A stretch of 64,000 nt of DNA from a virus (Duplodnaviria > Heunggongvirae > Uroviricota > Caudoviricetes), in the IMG/VR virus record IMGVR_UViG_3300020050_015720, one strand, 5' to 3'. Below the pieces are notes generated by a model. That model was not told the DNA's origin, did not search any database, and saw nothing but the letters and a program-made list of their open reading frames with translations. This document shows positions 28,401 through 37,099 of this stretch, piece after piece (position 1 is the stretch's first letter; the number at the start of each line of letters is the position of its first letter). The position numbers were made by a program, and so were the translations under genes.

Positions 28401-29745
28401 AGTAGTGTCTCAGGATAGAATACTCCGAGCACTAAAGACTTCTGTAACATACTCTGTGCTTTCTTTTAAAGTGTGGTCTCCTATTCGTAACGCAGTTATG
28501 ATTGCAGCAGCCAATACTACGCAATCAACTAGGGGACTTGTTAACAAACTTATGTCCAACATCTTAGGAGTTCCACCAGAGTCATTTGAAACCATCAATA
28601 TAGATGGGGGAAGAGTAGCCTTAAGAGATTACATGAAAGCAAAGCTTTTAGGACAAGAAGATGACTCAAAACTCTGGAACATAGCAAAGAACTTTGATTG
28701 GTTGCCAGACAATTATCCATTTGAAGTAAACGATGATAGACTAGTTCACCAAATATCAAAGCTAAATGGTACAACTAACGCCTTCTTGTTCTACCAAGTT
28801 GGTGAAACATTTGGTGCTCTTTGGCAGCTAGCTGGGTTAATGAAGTCTATTAAAGTAAAAGATGCTTCAGGTAAAGAAGTCACATTGTGGGATGCCTACG
28901 ATAACAAAGGTAATTGGACCATAGGAGAACGAGGACAAGTCCTTCAAGCTGATGGTAGCTATGCTTCCCTAAAGGAATTAACTTCACTTGAAGTTAAGTC
29001 TCTAAAAAGAGCCTATGAGAAACTGAATGGTTCTTATCGTAAAGAAGAAAAGACAGCAATAGAAGTAAGCGTACTTGGTGATTTTGTTATGCAGTTTCAC
29101 AAGTATTTTTACCAGTACCTAAAGGTTTTATTTGCTGCTCCATACAAAGACATCACTGTGGGTAAGTATGTACTGACGGGCCAAAAACCTGATGGTATGC
29201 CTGTCTATCAATGGCACTCTGAAGTTATGGAAGGTCAATTACGTGTTCTTGTAGCTTCTATCTTTGCAGCTCTATCTGGAAAAGGTAAACAGTATCTAAC
29301 GGAAGAGAATCTTGGAGAAAATACATTGAAAGGGCACAGAGCTAGAGCTTTAGCTGGACTTTTGAATACATTTGGATGGTTTACGCTACTACTAGTACTA
29401 TTCAAGGTTGGATTAGACGACGATGAAGAAAAGTCTTATGTTGGCAGGTCTATAAAAAGAACTATTTTAGATTTAACTCGTGGAGCTCATTTAACTGATC
29501 TTGTAGATACAGCTTTAAAGCCAATTGTGGCCATTGACAAAATGGGTAAGACATCTATTGCTCTGTTTGACTTAATGGCTTCACCAGTTACTGGGAACAC
29601 TGATAGAGACGGTTGGCCCCAAGGCTTAAAGACAGTTGCTAGAGCAGTGCCATTTACTGCCGGATCACTACAGATAGCAGACGTTCTTTCTAAGGATGCT
29701 GAAGACAGTGAATATTTATTTGGGATAATACCCGTGCGCCCATAG
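25411..29745 (+). CDS. hypothetical large virion protein (1444 aa) with a C-terminal hydrophobic segment
   Basis: The ORF begins with GTG at 25411 (first ATG is at about 25507). TAG stop at 29743-29745. The segment LLNTFGWFTLLLVLFKV is hydrophobic. This is the last gene of the plus block. Confidence 0.7.
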   Translation: MADFSGVVDLFAARFDGLDAKIDGDIVRTSSGTMALFPPTKEEIIATTAFSTGYTKEDLENVLVNLSKKFGFPFETINAPAIKWKGKFVQRNGQMLVMVNTAHATKDTPFHEYYHPFVNLLRLQKPETFKVILDSANSRDTSNPEEVVTDYLARLAVKNPTSFYLSYFLQFVRDLLGLKNSLTAYSTVADLRGRAPIDVSASELPEAYQRLDEVADMMKKKFPGQASETPDYIAELLKESAKYSTSDTSSFYQDESGTDIAKRLTAFIGDKLFGEFSKKARRFMDTPAEGAAKNFYKQRGINIDKIAPKDVTQSITIGGNTYSFTEIVAGFEERFKGARLIGKLVHAYIYYRLEDNATEKAKIKQLAVGYAQELGEPYTTLEAHPRLSKIHDNFQNILDASGVMIDTTGTKGIPRSKQDKAAPEIGLVSKYLTDADGNKLGTTADGLFVHQNGDVTLLDWKTGNLTSDMSTPYLMDYGDKYGINDSKLSKGYLELTYRAIMLKEKFPNMKFRSIKLVKVDYKGKATIMELDIQPYLYTIGDYYKQTNPEIYNKLKEAKLLEASSYKGEATSIIELQDSISHLSTKEKHLYLKEKLGILHEGKTKSEIQSDPNIRVLSKKYSDAILELEKDAATDLNSKSEDLSSFWQFKNFSDISNPKVQTLHKIIMDAKAKTQKYLLGIESEHDKLYQAALNKEDQSLLKKILLGGAAVANVYGLFTFSPLWFVGSIISHKLLSRAMNTTTKNHFAFMWRESSDLERGGYYLNLQDTYLKDGVEVPLTQAQKNYRSFVYSTMKNEYDNFANTVVGYKFDNPSVPLFRYEKLGIPQTLPEDFLPRIPKPLAELREEEAFYAGGFGFKTVVGQSVKRNLTNFLEDAYTKESDGLPLKYFKHSGSSIVSDVNHSWNVDASFKYFMASLKAKESLDPVYDIAMGVYNGLQEDKDEAGKPRYDRLVKWLDSQITLQVLGDTTKDSVSAKKITLKANKLTEKLTDIPEGTPIVVSQDRILRALKTSVTYSVLSFKVWSPIRNAVMIAAANTTQSTRGLVNKLMSNILGVPPESFETINIDGGRVALRDYMKAKLLGQEDDSKLWNIAKNFDWLPDNYPFEVNDDRLVHQISKLNGTTNAFLFYQVGETFGALWQLAGLMKSIKVKDASGKEVTLWDAYDNKGNWTIGERGQVLQADGSYASLKELTSLEVKSLKRAYEKLNGSYRKEEKTAIEVSVLGDFVMQFHKYFYQYLKVLFAAPYKDITVGKYVLTGQKPDGMPVYQWHSEVMEGQLRVLVASIFAALSGKGKQYLTEENLGENTLKGHRARALAGLLNTFGWFTLLLVLFKVGLDDDEEKSYVGRSIKRTILDLTRGAHLTDLVDTALKPIVAIDKMGKTSIALFDLMASPVTGNTDRDGWPQGLKTVARAVPFTAGSLQIADVLSKDAEDSEYLFGIIPVRP

Positions 29746-29762
29746 ACGCGCAGAAAAAGTTA

Positions 29763-29800
29763 GGCCCCTTCCCACCATAACGGTGAGGAGGGGCTTTTTT
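29763..29800. terminator. imperfect hairpin with flanking A/T tracts between the convergent gene blocks, possibly a bidirectional intrinsic terminator
   Basis: The sequence aaaaag ggccccttcccacc ataac ggtgaggaggggc tttttt. The stem is GC-rich and imperfect (~10 of 13 positions pair), and A/T tracts lie on both sides. Confidence 0.6.
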
Positions 29801-30528
29801 CATTCTTCATATTTTTTGCACGCTTCTTTTAGTGAGAAGTTGTGGATGGCCTCTTGAATCTCCTTTTGATTGTAGAAAGCGGTTCCTTTTAATCGTACGA
29901 ACAATGTGTCGGCATATTCTGCCTCTGCATTCGCTTCAAGCGTGGCCAGTGTAGGTCCAAACTGCCTCACTATTTTTTCTTCAGTTATACATAGCGCGCG
30001 ATTTCGAAAATCTTGCAGGCAATCTGGGTGGATTTGGTTTACAATGTGACAATGAAAAGGTCCATCGATGTCACAGAGAGCAAGAGCCTCAAAGAGCTCC
30101 TCCATCTGTTTTAATGAAAGCTTAAAAGTTTTGGAGGATACTTTTTCAAATGTAACGATTAATTGTGTTACACCACACACATCGGGTAACTCTGTGATAT
30201 TTGAGACTACGAGATTTTGAGATAGACGGTACCTGATTGATTGAGATTTCCAATAAGTATATACGTCTTTTCCATATTGGACAGAGGCACCTAGCAAATT
30301 GGCAATTTCTTCAGGCCCAACAAAAATTGTTGTGTACAGGTCGTCATATACTGGTAGTGCTTCAAGGGGCTCGTCAGCTGGTAACACTTCTTCATATATC
30401 GGGTGCACCTCTTCAGGATATTCTGTAACTGGTGTTTTTTCAGGGACTACAGGGGATGCCCCATCAATAATTTTATCAATAGCAGCGTGACTGGTTGTGG
30501 TGTCAAAATCAATAGGATAATGTGGCAT
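29800..30528 (-). CDS. hypothetical protein (242 aa, acidic)
   Basis: ORF ending in TGA that abuts the terminator. If TGA is read through it would extend 28 codons into the hairpin, up to TAA at 29716. Confidence 0.5.
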   Translation of the reverse strand: MPHYPIDFDTTTSHAAIDKIIDGASPVVPEKTPVTEYPEEVHPIYEEVLPADEPLEALPVYDDLYTTIFVGPEEIANLLGASVQYGKDVYTYWKSQSIRYRLSQNLVVSNITELPDVCGVTQLIVTFEKVSSKTFKLSLKQMEELFEALALCDIDGPFHCHIVNQIHPDCLQDFRNRALCITEEKIVRQFGPTLATLEANAEAEYADTLFVRLKGTAFYNQKEIQEAIHNFSLKEACKKYEE

Positions 30529-31083
30529 GAATTAGTTATTTAAAAGTGAAAAAAATACCTCCCCCATTACACTTTTGTAACGAGAGAGGTTGGGAAAGAA
30601 TATTTCGACCTTAGTTCTTTAAGAGAGGTTCCTAACTCTTTTGCTAAGAATACCTCTCAATTCTGGATTAGTTGCTATGGTACCTAATATTATAACTTTG
30701 GAGGATTAAAACGGCCAAATTCAAGCCAGTATAAAATCTCTGATCGAAAGATTAGCAAGCAAAGCAATATGGTAGCTCCAATAAATCCAAAGACCTTTAG
30801 GGTAGTGAAATGAAAAGCTACCAAAACGAGTACCAGACAAAAAAGTAGGAGAATTAGTCCTCTTGAAAAGACTCTAAGCATAGTAATGTGTGTTTGCGAT
30901 TGATATGCTGGATAGAAACCTTTACTGGAGTTATGACCAAGATCACGTAAAGAAATAAAGCCGAATCTCTATCTAATAATTCAACCGTGGGTGAATGAAA
31001 ATGTGTTAAAAAATGTTGAATAAATTTAGGAGCGTCTTCTGGATTTCCTAATTTGAGGTTTGTGAGTAAGTCCGTTACAAGAT

Positions 31084-31392
31084 TCATATAACAGGCTTTA
31101 AAGATTCTTGGTACTTTTCCTCCCAAAGTTGGAGGTAGTTAAATTCGTATTCTTCCCAGAAAGCATCAATACGCTCAAGGGCTTCCATGAAATTTCCTTC
31201 AATCACAAGTACTCGAGTCAAGTATCCCAACAGAATATGTTTGAATACAAGTATATTAGTGACTGCGGGATTCTTTTTGCGCCAAGCCATGTAAAGATTC
31301 TCGGCATAATTTACGTGTTTTTGGATTTCCTCACTTAGAGATTTGGGTGGAGCAGGATTACTCCAACTAGCGATGGTAGATGAGTTTTGCAT
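31084..31392 (-). CDS. hypothetical protein (102 aa)
   Basis: ORF ending in TGA. No motifs. Confidence 0.35.
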   Translation of the reverse strand: MQNSSTIASWSNPAPPKSLSEEIQKHVNYAENLYMAWRKKNPAVTNILVFKHILLGYLTRVLVIEGNFMEALERIDAFWEEYEFNYLQLWEEKYQESLKPVI

Positions 31393-31450
31393 AAATTAAT
31401 AATTGGGAGACTCCGAAGAATCTCCCATCCTCAACATTCTGTGTGAAAAC

Positions 31451-32428
31451 TTATTGGCTAAGCAAGAAATTATTTAGCGACCCTTGCACAAAGACTTTGT
31501 TTGGGGAATTTGCTAGAGCTATCCAAGCATTGTAGGAATAGTCCAACTCCAACTTTTTTAAAAACTGCGGCGAATAAGCTTGAGATTCCAGATCAATTTT
31601 CTGCTTAGTAAGTTTCATAAGCTCAATTTCGGCCTTGGTATTTTCCATTGCAGCGACAGTCTTTTTTGTCTTCTCCTGTTCTAATAGCCTAGCATTTATG
31701 GCTGCTTGAAGTGTTGGATCAACGGAGATTTCAACGGAAAATTGTTTTAACTCCGTACCGTAAACATCGTCTATCCTCTTACGAAGACGCTCCTCCATGA
31801 TAGAGTAATAGTGTCCTCGATTTGATAGTAAAGTATCAGATACAGTGTTTTGTACTATTTGGCGACAAGACTCAACTGTTTCTTTTAGAATTGTCTGCGC
31901 CAAGGCTTCTTGGAAGTCTCTCCCATCCTTGTAGGCACTGAATTGAAGAGCAAACTTCTTACAGGCCTCGTCCGATCGAATTAATGCACAAAGAACACTT
32001 GGATCAACAAAAACTCCTACACCATCTTTACAGTACATTTGAATTGGCTCTACATGAACAGGAAAATTAGTTGCAGGAAACTGCAATGACCAGCTGGATT
32101 TTGAAAACCAATCAATAGGAAATTTACCCATAACTAATGAATAGTCGTCTATGCTTTTCCCGTAGTTTTCTACCCACACACCAATCTTGTCAGATGCCAC
32201 ATAGTCACAACTTTGCATGCAAAGAAGAAAGATTGGTAGCATGATCCAAGCTTTGATTTCACGGTAATATCGAATGATAAGTCCAATAAAAACAATGCCC
32301 AGAAGATGAGGCAAATAAGCAGCTATACCATAGAATTCAGGTGAAACTGCCATCCTTTGCCAGATCATCACGAGAATAAACCCAAGGAAGAAGACAGTGA
32401 AAAGTTTAAATAATGATTTTGGTTGCAT
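31451..32428 (-). CDS. membrane-anchored protein with an SPFH/band-7-like region and a coiled-coil tail (about 325 aa)
   Basis: Likely start is MQPKSLFKLFTVFFLGFILVMIW (ATG at 32426-32428), which looks like an N-terminal TM segment. The C-terminal half is rich in coiled-coil and resembles the stomatin/HflK family. TAA stop. Confidence 0.4.
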   Translation of the reverse strand: MQPKSLFKLFTVFFLGFILVMIWQRMAVSPEFYGIAAYLPHLLGIVFIGLIIRYYREIKAWIMLPIFLLCMQSCDYVASDKIGVWVENYGKSIDDYSLVMGKFPIDWFSKSSWSLQFPATNFPVHVEPIQMYCKDGVGVFVDPSVLCALIRSDEACKKFALQFSAYKDGRDFQEALAQTILKETVESCRQIVQNTVSDTLLSNRGHYYSIMEERLRKRIDDVYGTELKQFSVEISVDPTLQAAINARLLEQEKTKKTVAAMENTKAEIELMKLTKQKIDLESQAYSPQFLKKLELDYSYNAWIALANSPNKVFVQGSLNNFLLSQ

Positions 32429-32487
32429 AATAGTATGATTTTGAATGTTGAAGAAATTGAAAATAATGTATCTCCCCAAAGTGTTGC

Positions 32488-32805
32488 CTACAACTCTGGC
32501 TTTGATTCGATGGTTAAGGCGTACTCCATAGGGACAGCCTCGTTCCAATTAGAAACACGCTCATCTAGGTCTGCCTTTTCTTCGGCGGTTAGTTGATGAT
32601 AGGGCAGCTCGCGCGGAGTTAGTTCAAAAAGTTTTCCAGAAGGACGATGGAGCATAATCATGCGATCTAACCGCTTCCCATTCTTCATCTGGTATCGGCA
32701 ATTTGTCACGGTGATAGCATCGAATTGTTCATCAAACCCCAACTGGTCTTCTGTATATTCCATTTCGGAATTCAAATCACTGATTATTTCAGATGGTATA
32801 TTCAT
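32488..32805 (-). CDS. hypothetical protein (105 aa)
   Basis: Intact ORF with TAG stop. Confidence 0.5.
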   Translation of the reverse strand: MNIPSEIISDLNSEMEYTEDQLGFDEQFDAITVTNCRYQMKNGKRLDRMIMLHRPSGKLFELTPRELPYHQLTAEEKADLDERVSNWNEAVPMEYALTIESKPEL

Positions 32806-32825
32806 TTTATTTGTTGTGAGAAGTT

Positions 32826-32864
32826 AATAAAAAACCCCCAACCCAGTGTTACCTAGATTGGGGG
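32826..32864 (-). terminator. hairpin-plus-T-tract candidate intrinsic terminator for minus-strand transcripts
   Basis: A 7-bp stem (CCCCCAA / TTGGGGG) with a 16-nt loop. On the minus strand it is followed by TTTTTTATT. Confidence 0.55.
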
Positions 32865-32941
32865 CATGTTTTTCGTTCAATTGCAGACTAGACTGTCTAT
32901 CAACAACAGCACTACAATGTTTATTTGGTGAATGAGACCTC

Positions 32942-33400
32942 CTATCTTGTAGATTTGTTATGGGAGTTTTTAGATAATAAGTAAAGATCTACATTTATAG
33001 ACGCAAGGTCATCCGCTGTTAAAGTTTCGGGTTTCCATGTTGACATCTTTTGCTTCATCTTTTCAAGGATAATAGCCTTATTATCAGCATCTACAGCTGT
33101 TGATTTTTTGTGGTCCTCATAATAAGTGTAGGCCTGGGTTAGAAATCTTCCGAAGGACGGTGAAGAATGAGCAATTGCTCTACGAATAACTTCGCGTCTT
33201 CCCAACGTCTTTTCTTCCTCGATTCTTGTGAGGTCTGTTTCTGTAATACCTAGGACCTTTAAAGCCTCTTCCCTTTGAGATTGGGTTTGGCTAATTAGCG
33301 CTCAGCGCTCAGGACTGAAGAAACGCTGAAGTATCCCTATATATTTTGCTCCTTCGCTATAAAGAGACCTTAGCACTTCTTTGTTTTGTTTCTGGTACAT
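32942..33400 (-). CDS. hypothetical protein (about 152 aa) with one in-frame TGA (33302-33304)
   Basis: ORFs 33302..33499 and 32942..33205 are in the same frame and separated only by TGA. The likely ATG is at 33398-33400. TAG stop. Confidence 0.45.
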
Positions 33401-33911
33401 AACCGTATAATTCATTTCTGGCAAATGGTTTCGAATACACTTCTGCATCTTCAGGGAGAGAGACACCCTTTTTCTCCCACTCTTGTCGCCAAAGCTCACT
33501 CTTATCGAAAATTAACCGATTCCCGTAGAGTGAGTGACTAGGATCTGCTGGGAAGTATTTGTTCACCACTTTTCTATCCGCTTCTGAATACTTACCTTCC
33601 AAAATTTTAAAGGTGTATCCCTCTTTAACCTCCTTCGGTAACCGAAATACGAAGATACGTTTGGCCTTCTGCGGCTCGTACATCTCCACAAAGCTAGGGT
33701 GGCTCTGAAAGTATTCGGTTAGGGTTTGCGGAATTGTTTCGTTGTATTCGAGCAGAATAAAATCTCCGCTCTTTCAGTTCTTGTATTCCTCTCTATGACT
33801 GTCTCCAGAGTATGTGCTAAGGTAATATGCCGGATCATACATGTTTATTGGCGCCTTTTGCTTTAGCCCTAAGACAGGAGTGAGGAATAATGCTGTTATA
33901 GTGTGTTTCAT
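33357..33911 (-). CDS. secreted protein with signal peptide (about 184 aa), one in-frame TGA (33774-33776)
   Basis: Reading upstream of ORF 33357..33689 through the TGA gives an N-terminus MKHTITALFLTPVLGL, which is signal-peptide-like. TAG stop. Confidence 0.5.
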
Positions 33912-33912
33912 G

Positions 33913-34938
33913 CTAATTAGCAAAGACCTTTAGTGGTATTTGCCCATTATTTTCGTGAATTTCTTTTGGATATACCCATAGGTCATTTTTACTGTACCAT
34001 AGGTAATCATCTAACAATTGATATATTCCTTTGTAGTATTTTCCATCGACGAAACCACCCTCTAATCCACAATTTCTTTCATGCTGAGTGGTTGTATATA
34101 TTAATGCAGGACTTGTGGATGATGTCTTTGTTTCTGCAACAATGAATACAAAATCCTTTATAATGTAACCCTCATCAATATACTGAAGAACAGGACTCTC
34201 TTTTGTCCTTATAGCAAGATCGTAAAGAGCTGCTTGAGTGTAGTAACCAAAAGTTAAGTAACTTTGTGGAAAGTCATAAACAGATTTTCCAGTTGTCTTT
34301 AAGTCAAATGGTTCTATTGTCCTGTTTTTATGGTTTAGTCTTATCCCGTCAAGCAAGGCCTTGAATTCCTGGCCTTCAAGTTCAAAATAGATAGGAACCT
34401 GATGTAATAGTTCCTCTGTTATTCCGGATTTTACAAAATAAGGCTTTGCAAAAGGAGAGGCCAGTATTAACTCTGTCGCTTTAATTGCGGCCTCGTGCTC
34501 GTCTTTTGAGAGCACTGTTATATCCTTAGGATCAGACTGAGTGTAGTAGTACTCAACAGCGTCTGGTGTACTTCAAAACTTTTTTATCACCCAATCTCTA
34601 GACATTTTATATCCAGATGCCCAATAAGCCATCTCATAATCCTCGGCCGGAGAGTCCACTTGTATCCCCTTTGGTAAAGCTTCCACAAAACTTCCCATGA
34701 ATCCATAGGGCTTGTTTATAGTGAGGACCTTGAAACGTTTCTCCCAAGAGGTAGGATCGGTAAGTAAACAGTCAACGGCTGAACCTATTCTCAGTGCTGG
34801 GCTGTTTCACTCATATAGTTCTGGATTATCCCTTTTTAATTTTGCTGCTCTTGGATTTTGAAGGCTTTTTAGCAGACTGTTGGAAATCCTTGGTGATTTG
34901 TAATATTCTTCTATAGGATCTTTGATCTCGTTTTCCAT
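33913..34938 (-). CDS. PD-(D/E)XK family exonuclease (RecB/Cas4-like fold, QxxxY motif), about 341 aa, two in-frame TGA (34573-34575 and 34807-34809)
   Basis: ORF 33913..34515 continues in-frame upstream to an ATG at 34936-34938 if TGA is translated. Motifs: an N-terminal ISNSLLKSL segment, DLK and GYYTQAALY (QxxxY). Confidence 0.7.
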
Positions 34939-34972
34939 TTAATCATTCTTTTATAATTTCCACACAAACAGC

Positions 34973-35311
34973 TACTTGAGCTTGATTGCCAGGCATTAGG
35001 AGTATTATTTTCTTGTTTCTATATAAATACTTAAAGAGCTTTCATCTCAAATCAAAGTCAGGTCTTCTTAGTCCTTTCGTTTCTATTACTCAATCCTCAC
35101 CCATAAAGTCTGGGCTGTATATGATGTTCTTGTAGGATGATTTCTTTTCAACAAGGCCTTTTTTTGTTTTTTCAATGTTTAGACCTTTGAAAAGGAAAGC
35201 AGGCACTAATTCGATCGCTCTTTCGTAATCAAACTGAATACCTGCCTCCTCTAATAGCACTCAACAATATTTTTCAAGGTCATTTCTGCCCTTCTGATTA
35301 TTTTTTTCCAT
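34973..35311 (-). CDS. small PD-(D/E)XK nuclease-like protein (about 112 aa) with three in-frame TGA (35042, 35090, 35261)
   Basis: This region has no standard-code ORF. Read with TGA as sense it forms a single frame: MEKNNQKGRNDLEKYC*VLLEEAGIQFDYERAIELVPAFLFKGLNIEKTKKGLVEKKSSYKNIITAPDFMGED*VIETKGLRRPDFDLR*KLFKYLYENKKIILLMPGNQAQ (* = TGA). It carries a PD...(E)xK-like core. TAG stop at 34973. Confidence 0.5.
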
Positions 35312-36026
35312 TCAATGCTTTGTTTAGCATGTCTGCATAGCCCCTTATAGCAATAATGTCGCTGGGGCGAAGCATGGTTTCAATGTTGGCTATCAGCATT
35401 TCTTCTTTCGGCGTCTGAATCAAGGTCACATGACCATAATCCAATCCAATTTCATCAACACTGTTTTTGGCCATAGCAAAGGCGGCATCCCTGTCCCAAG
35501 CAGACGGAATACTATGTGATAGCACACCATTGGATGTCTGTTTTGTTCCCAGATTTAATGCTCTACCAGCCGCGTTTGGGATAACGTGCACTTGCGCACT
35601 TTGGTATCCCTGTGGAAGCTTCAACAAGGATCCCCCCGGAAGTTCTGCTGCTCCTATAAGAGCCAGAATTTCTGCGTAGTCCCCAATCTCTTTTGCCAAA
35701 GACTCGGCTATTTCCATAATGATGAAATCTTCCAAAGACTCATAGAATTCCTCAAAAGAAGAAAGATCGAACATTCCATCAGTAATGAAGGCTGTTTTTG
35801 GTGCATGATCTGGGACAACGTATCCTTCTGCTGCTAAATGGAGAAGTAGCGCCTCTTTGTCTTGAGTAAGGCGAACACTTGGTGGCGGATTAATGTGGAC
35901 TTTTTGAATGTGCTCTGGAGGAAATCGTGAGTCCTCAAAACAGCCACTTATGTTGTAAGCAGGGTTGAGCATCTGCTGGTTGATGTTCGGGTACTTTGCC
36001 CGTGTTTTCTGATCGAATTTTACCAT
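35298..36026 (-). CDS. hypothetical protein (242 aa), possibly a Rossmann-like nucleotide-processing enzyme
   Basis: Intact ORF with TAA stop. Its ATG overlaps the stop of the uracil-DNA glycosylase gene. No confident family assignment. Confidence 0.55.
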   Translation of the reverse strand: MVKFDQKTRAKYPNINQQMLNPAYNISGCFEDSRFPPEHIQKVHINPPPSVRLTQDKEALLLHLAAEGYVVPDHAPKTAFITDGMFDLSSFEEFYESLEDFIIMEIAESLAKEIGDYAEILALIGAAELPGGSLLKLPQGYQSAQVHVIPNAAGRALNLGTKQTSNGVLSHSIPSAWDRDAAFAMAKNSVDEIGLDYGHVTLIQTPKEEMLIANIETMLRPSDIIAIRGYADMLNKALNGKK

Positions 36027-36721
36027 CGTATTTTATTTTTTAAACTTGAATTAATTATTTCAAAAAACCTCTTGTCCTTGAATAGATGGTAAGAGAAAGG
36101 AGATGGGTGGGCTCCCTTCACTATGACATGGCGTGGATTTATCTTTGGTTCAAAGGCGTGAGCTTTTGTCCCCCAAAGTACCCATACGATCTGGTCACGC
36201 TTATTTAGTACCTTTATGACTTCCTCGGTAAAGGGAGCCCATATAGGCACATGACTCAAGGGTTCCTTGCTTACAACAGTTAATGCTGTGTTTAAAAGGA
36301 GCACCCCCTGTGAAGGAAGGTGCTCCAAATAACTCAACACATTCTCTGTAGCCTGGGTTTCCCCGCAATCCTTCACTATCTCCTTCAGAATATTCCTAAG
36401 AGATGGGGAGGGACGTTTCGTTTTTGAATTGTCGAAAGCTATTCCTGTAGCGGAACCATCGTGGTAAGGATCTTGGCCAATAATAACTACTCTAACGGTA
36501 TTGTATGGGGTCTCTTTGAAAGCCCTGAAAACGTTTGATAGAGTAGAAGGATATATAGTCTGTTTTTTGCTCTCCGGTGATTCCAGGTTACGTATTTCCA
36601 GCCTTTCCTTTTCGGCCTTTAGATAAGGGATGATTTTCTCCTTGAAGTAATCGAAAGCCCCACTTAAAGGTGTTAACCAAGACTCCCCAACAAAATTGGA
36701 GAGATTGTCGTGCTTTGTCAT
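36020..36721 (-). CDS. ung: uracil-DNA glycosylase (family 1)
   Basis: Carries the diagnostic GQDPYH motif (IIGQDPYHDGSATGIAF) and a C-terminal HPSP motif (KGAHPSPFSY). ATG and TAA are intact. Confidence 0.9.
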   Translation of the reverse strand: MTKHDNLSNFVGESWLTPLSGAFDYFKEKIIPYLKAEKERLEIRNLESPESKKQTIYPSTLSNVFRAFKETPYNTVRVVIIGQDPYHDGSATGIAFDNSKTKRPSPSLRNILKEIVKDCGETQATENVLSYLEHLPSQGVLLLNTALTVVSKEPLSHVPIWAPFTEEVIKVLNKRDQIVWVLWGTKAHAFEPKINPRHVIVKGAHPSPFSYHLFKDKRFFEIINSSLKNKIRW

Positions 36722-37099
36722 TTATTGGTAAAGTATCGAATCTACTATGATTCGTTGTGAATAAGGGGTCTCTTCAATTAACATTATGATGGTACTGTCC
36801 GGGCAATCCATCTCATCACAGGTTGTAAAGCACTGTGTTTTAAAGTGTTTCTTCGCTTCTTCTAAGTTCACTGTCTCAATATGGTTTGAAAAACTCATAC
36901 TAATTGAGTCCTTCGCAAATTCTACAATATCTATTCGATATGATTTTGGACTGCTTCTAACCACTTCTTGCAATTCTTCGATGGCTTTGGTTGTTTTCGC
37001 TATTTCAGGTACTAGTGCGGCCACTCCGATAGACAGACCTACGCAGAGGGTAATAATTACCAGGTTCAATTTTTCAAGTCTACTTAAGTTCTTAAGCAT
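36722..37099 (-). CDS. small membrane protein (125 aa)
   Basis: N-terminal hydrophobic segment LVIITLCVGLSIGVAALV. TAA stop. Confidence 0.5.
   Translation of the reverse strand: MLKNLSRLEKLNLVIITLCVGLSIGVAALVPEIAKTTKAIEELQEVVRSSPKSYRIDIVEFAKDSISMSFSNHIETVNLEEAKKHFKTQCFTTCDEMDCPDSTIIMLIEETPYSQRIIVDSILYQ

Noticed and set aside
31451-32548. N-terminal 40 aa of ORF 31451..32548 (MERGCPYGVRLNHRIK...)
   Set aside because: This segment overlaps the 3' end of the upstream gene. The hydrophobic MQPKSLFKLF... start at 32426-32428 is the more plausible initiation site.
33302-33499. 65-aa ORF called as a separate gene
   Set aside because: It is in the same frame as ORF 32942..33205 and separated only by TGA. 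It was merged into a single gene (32942-33400).
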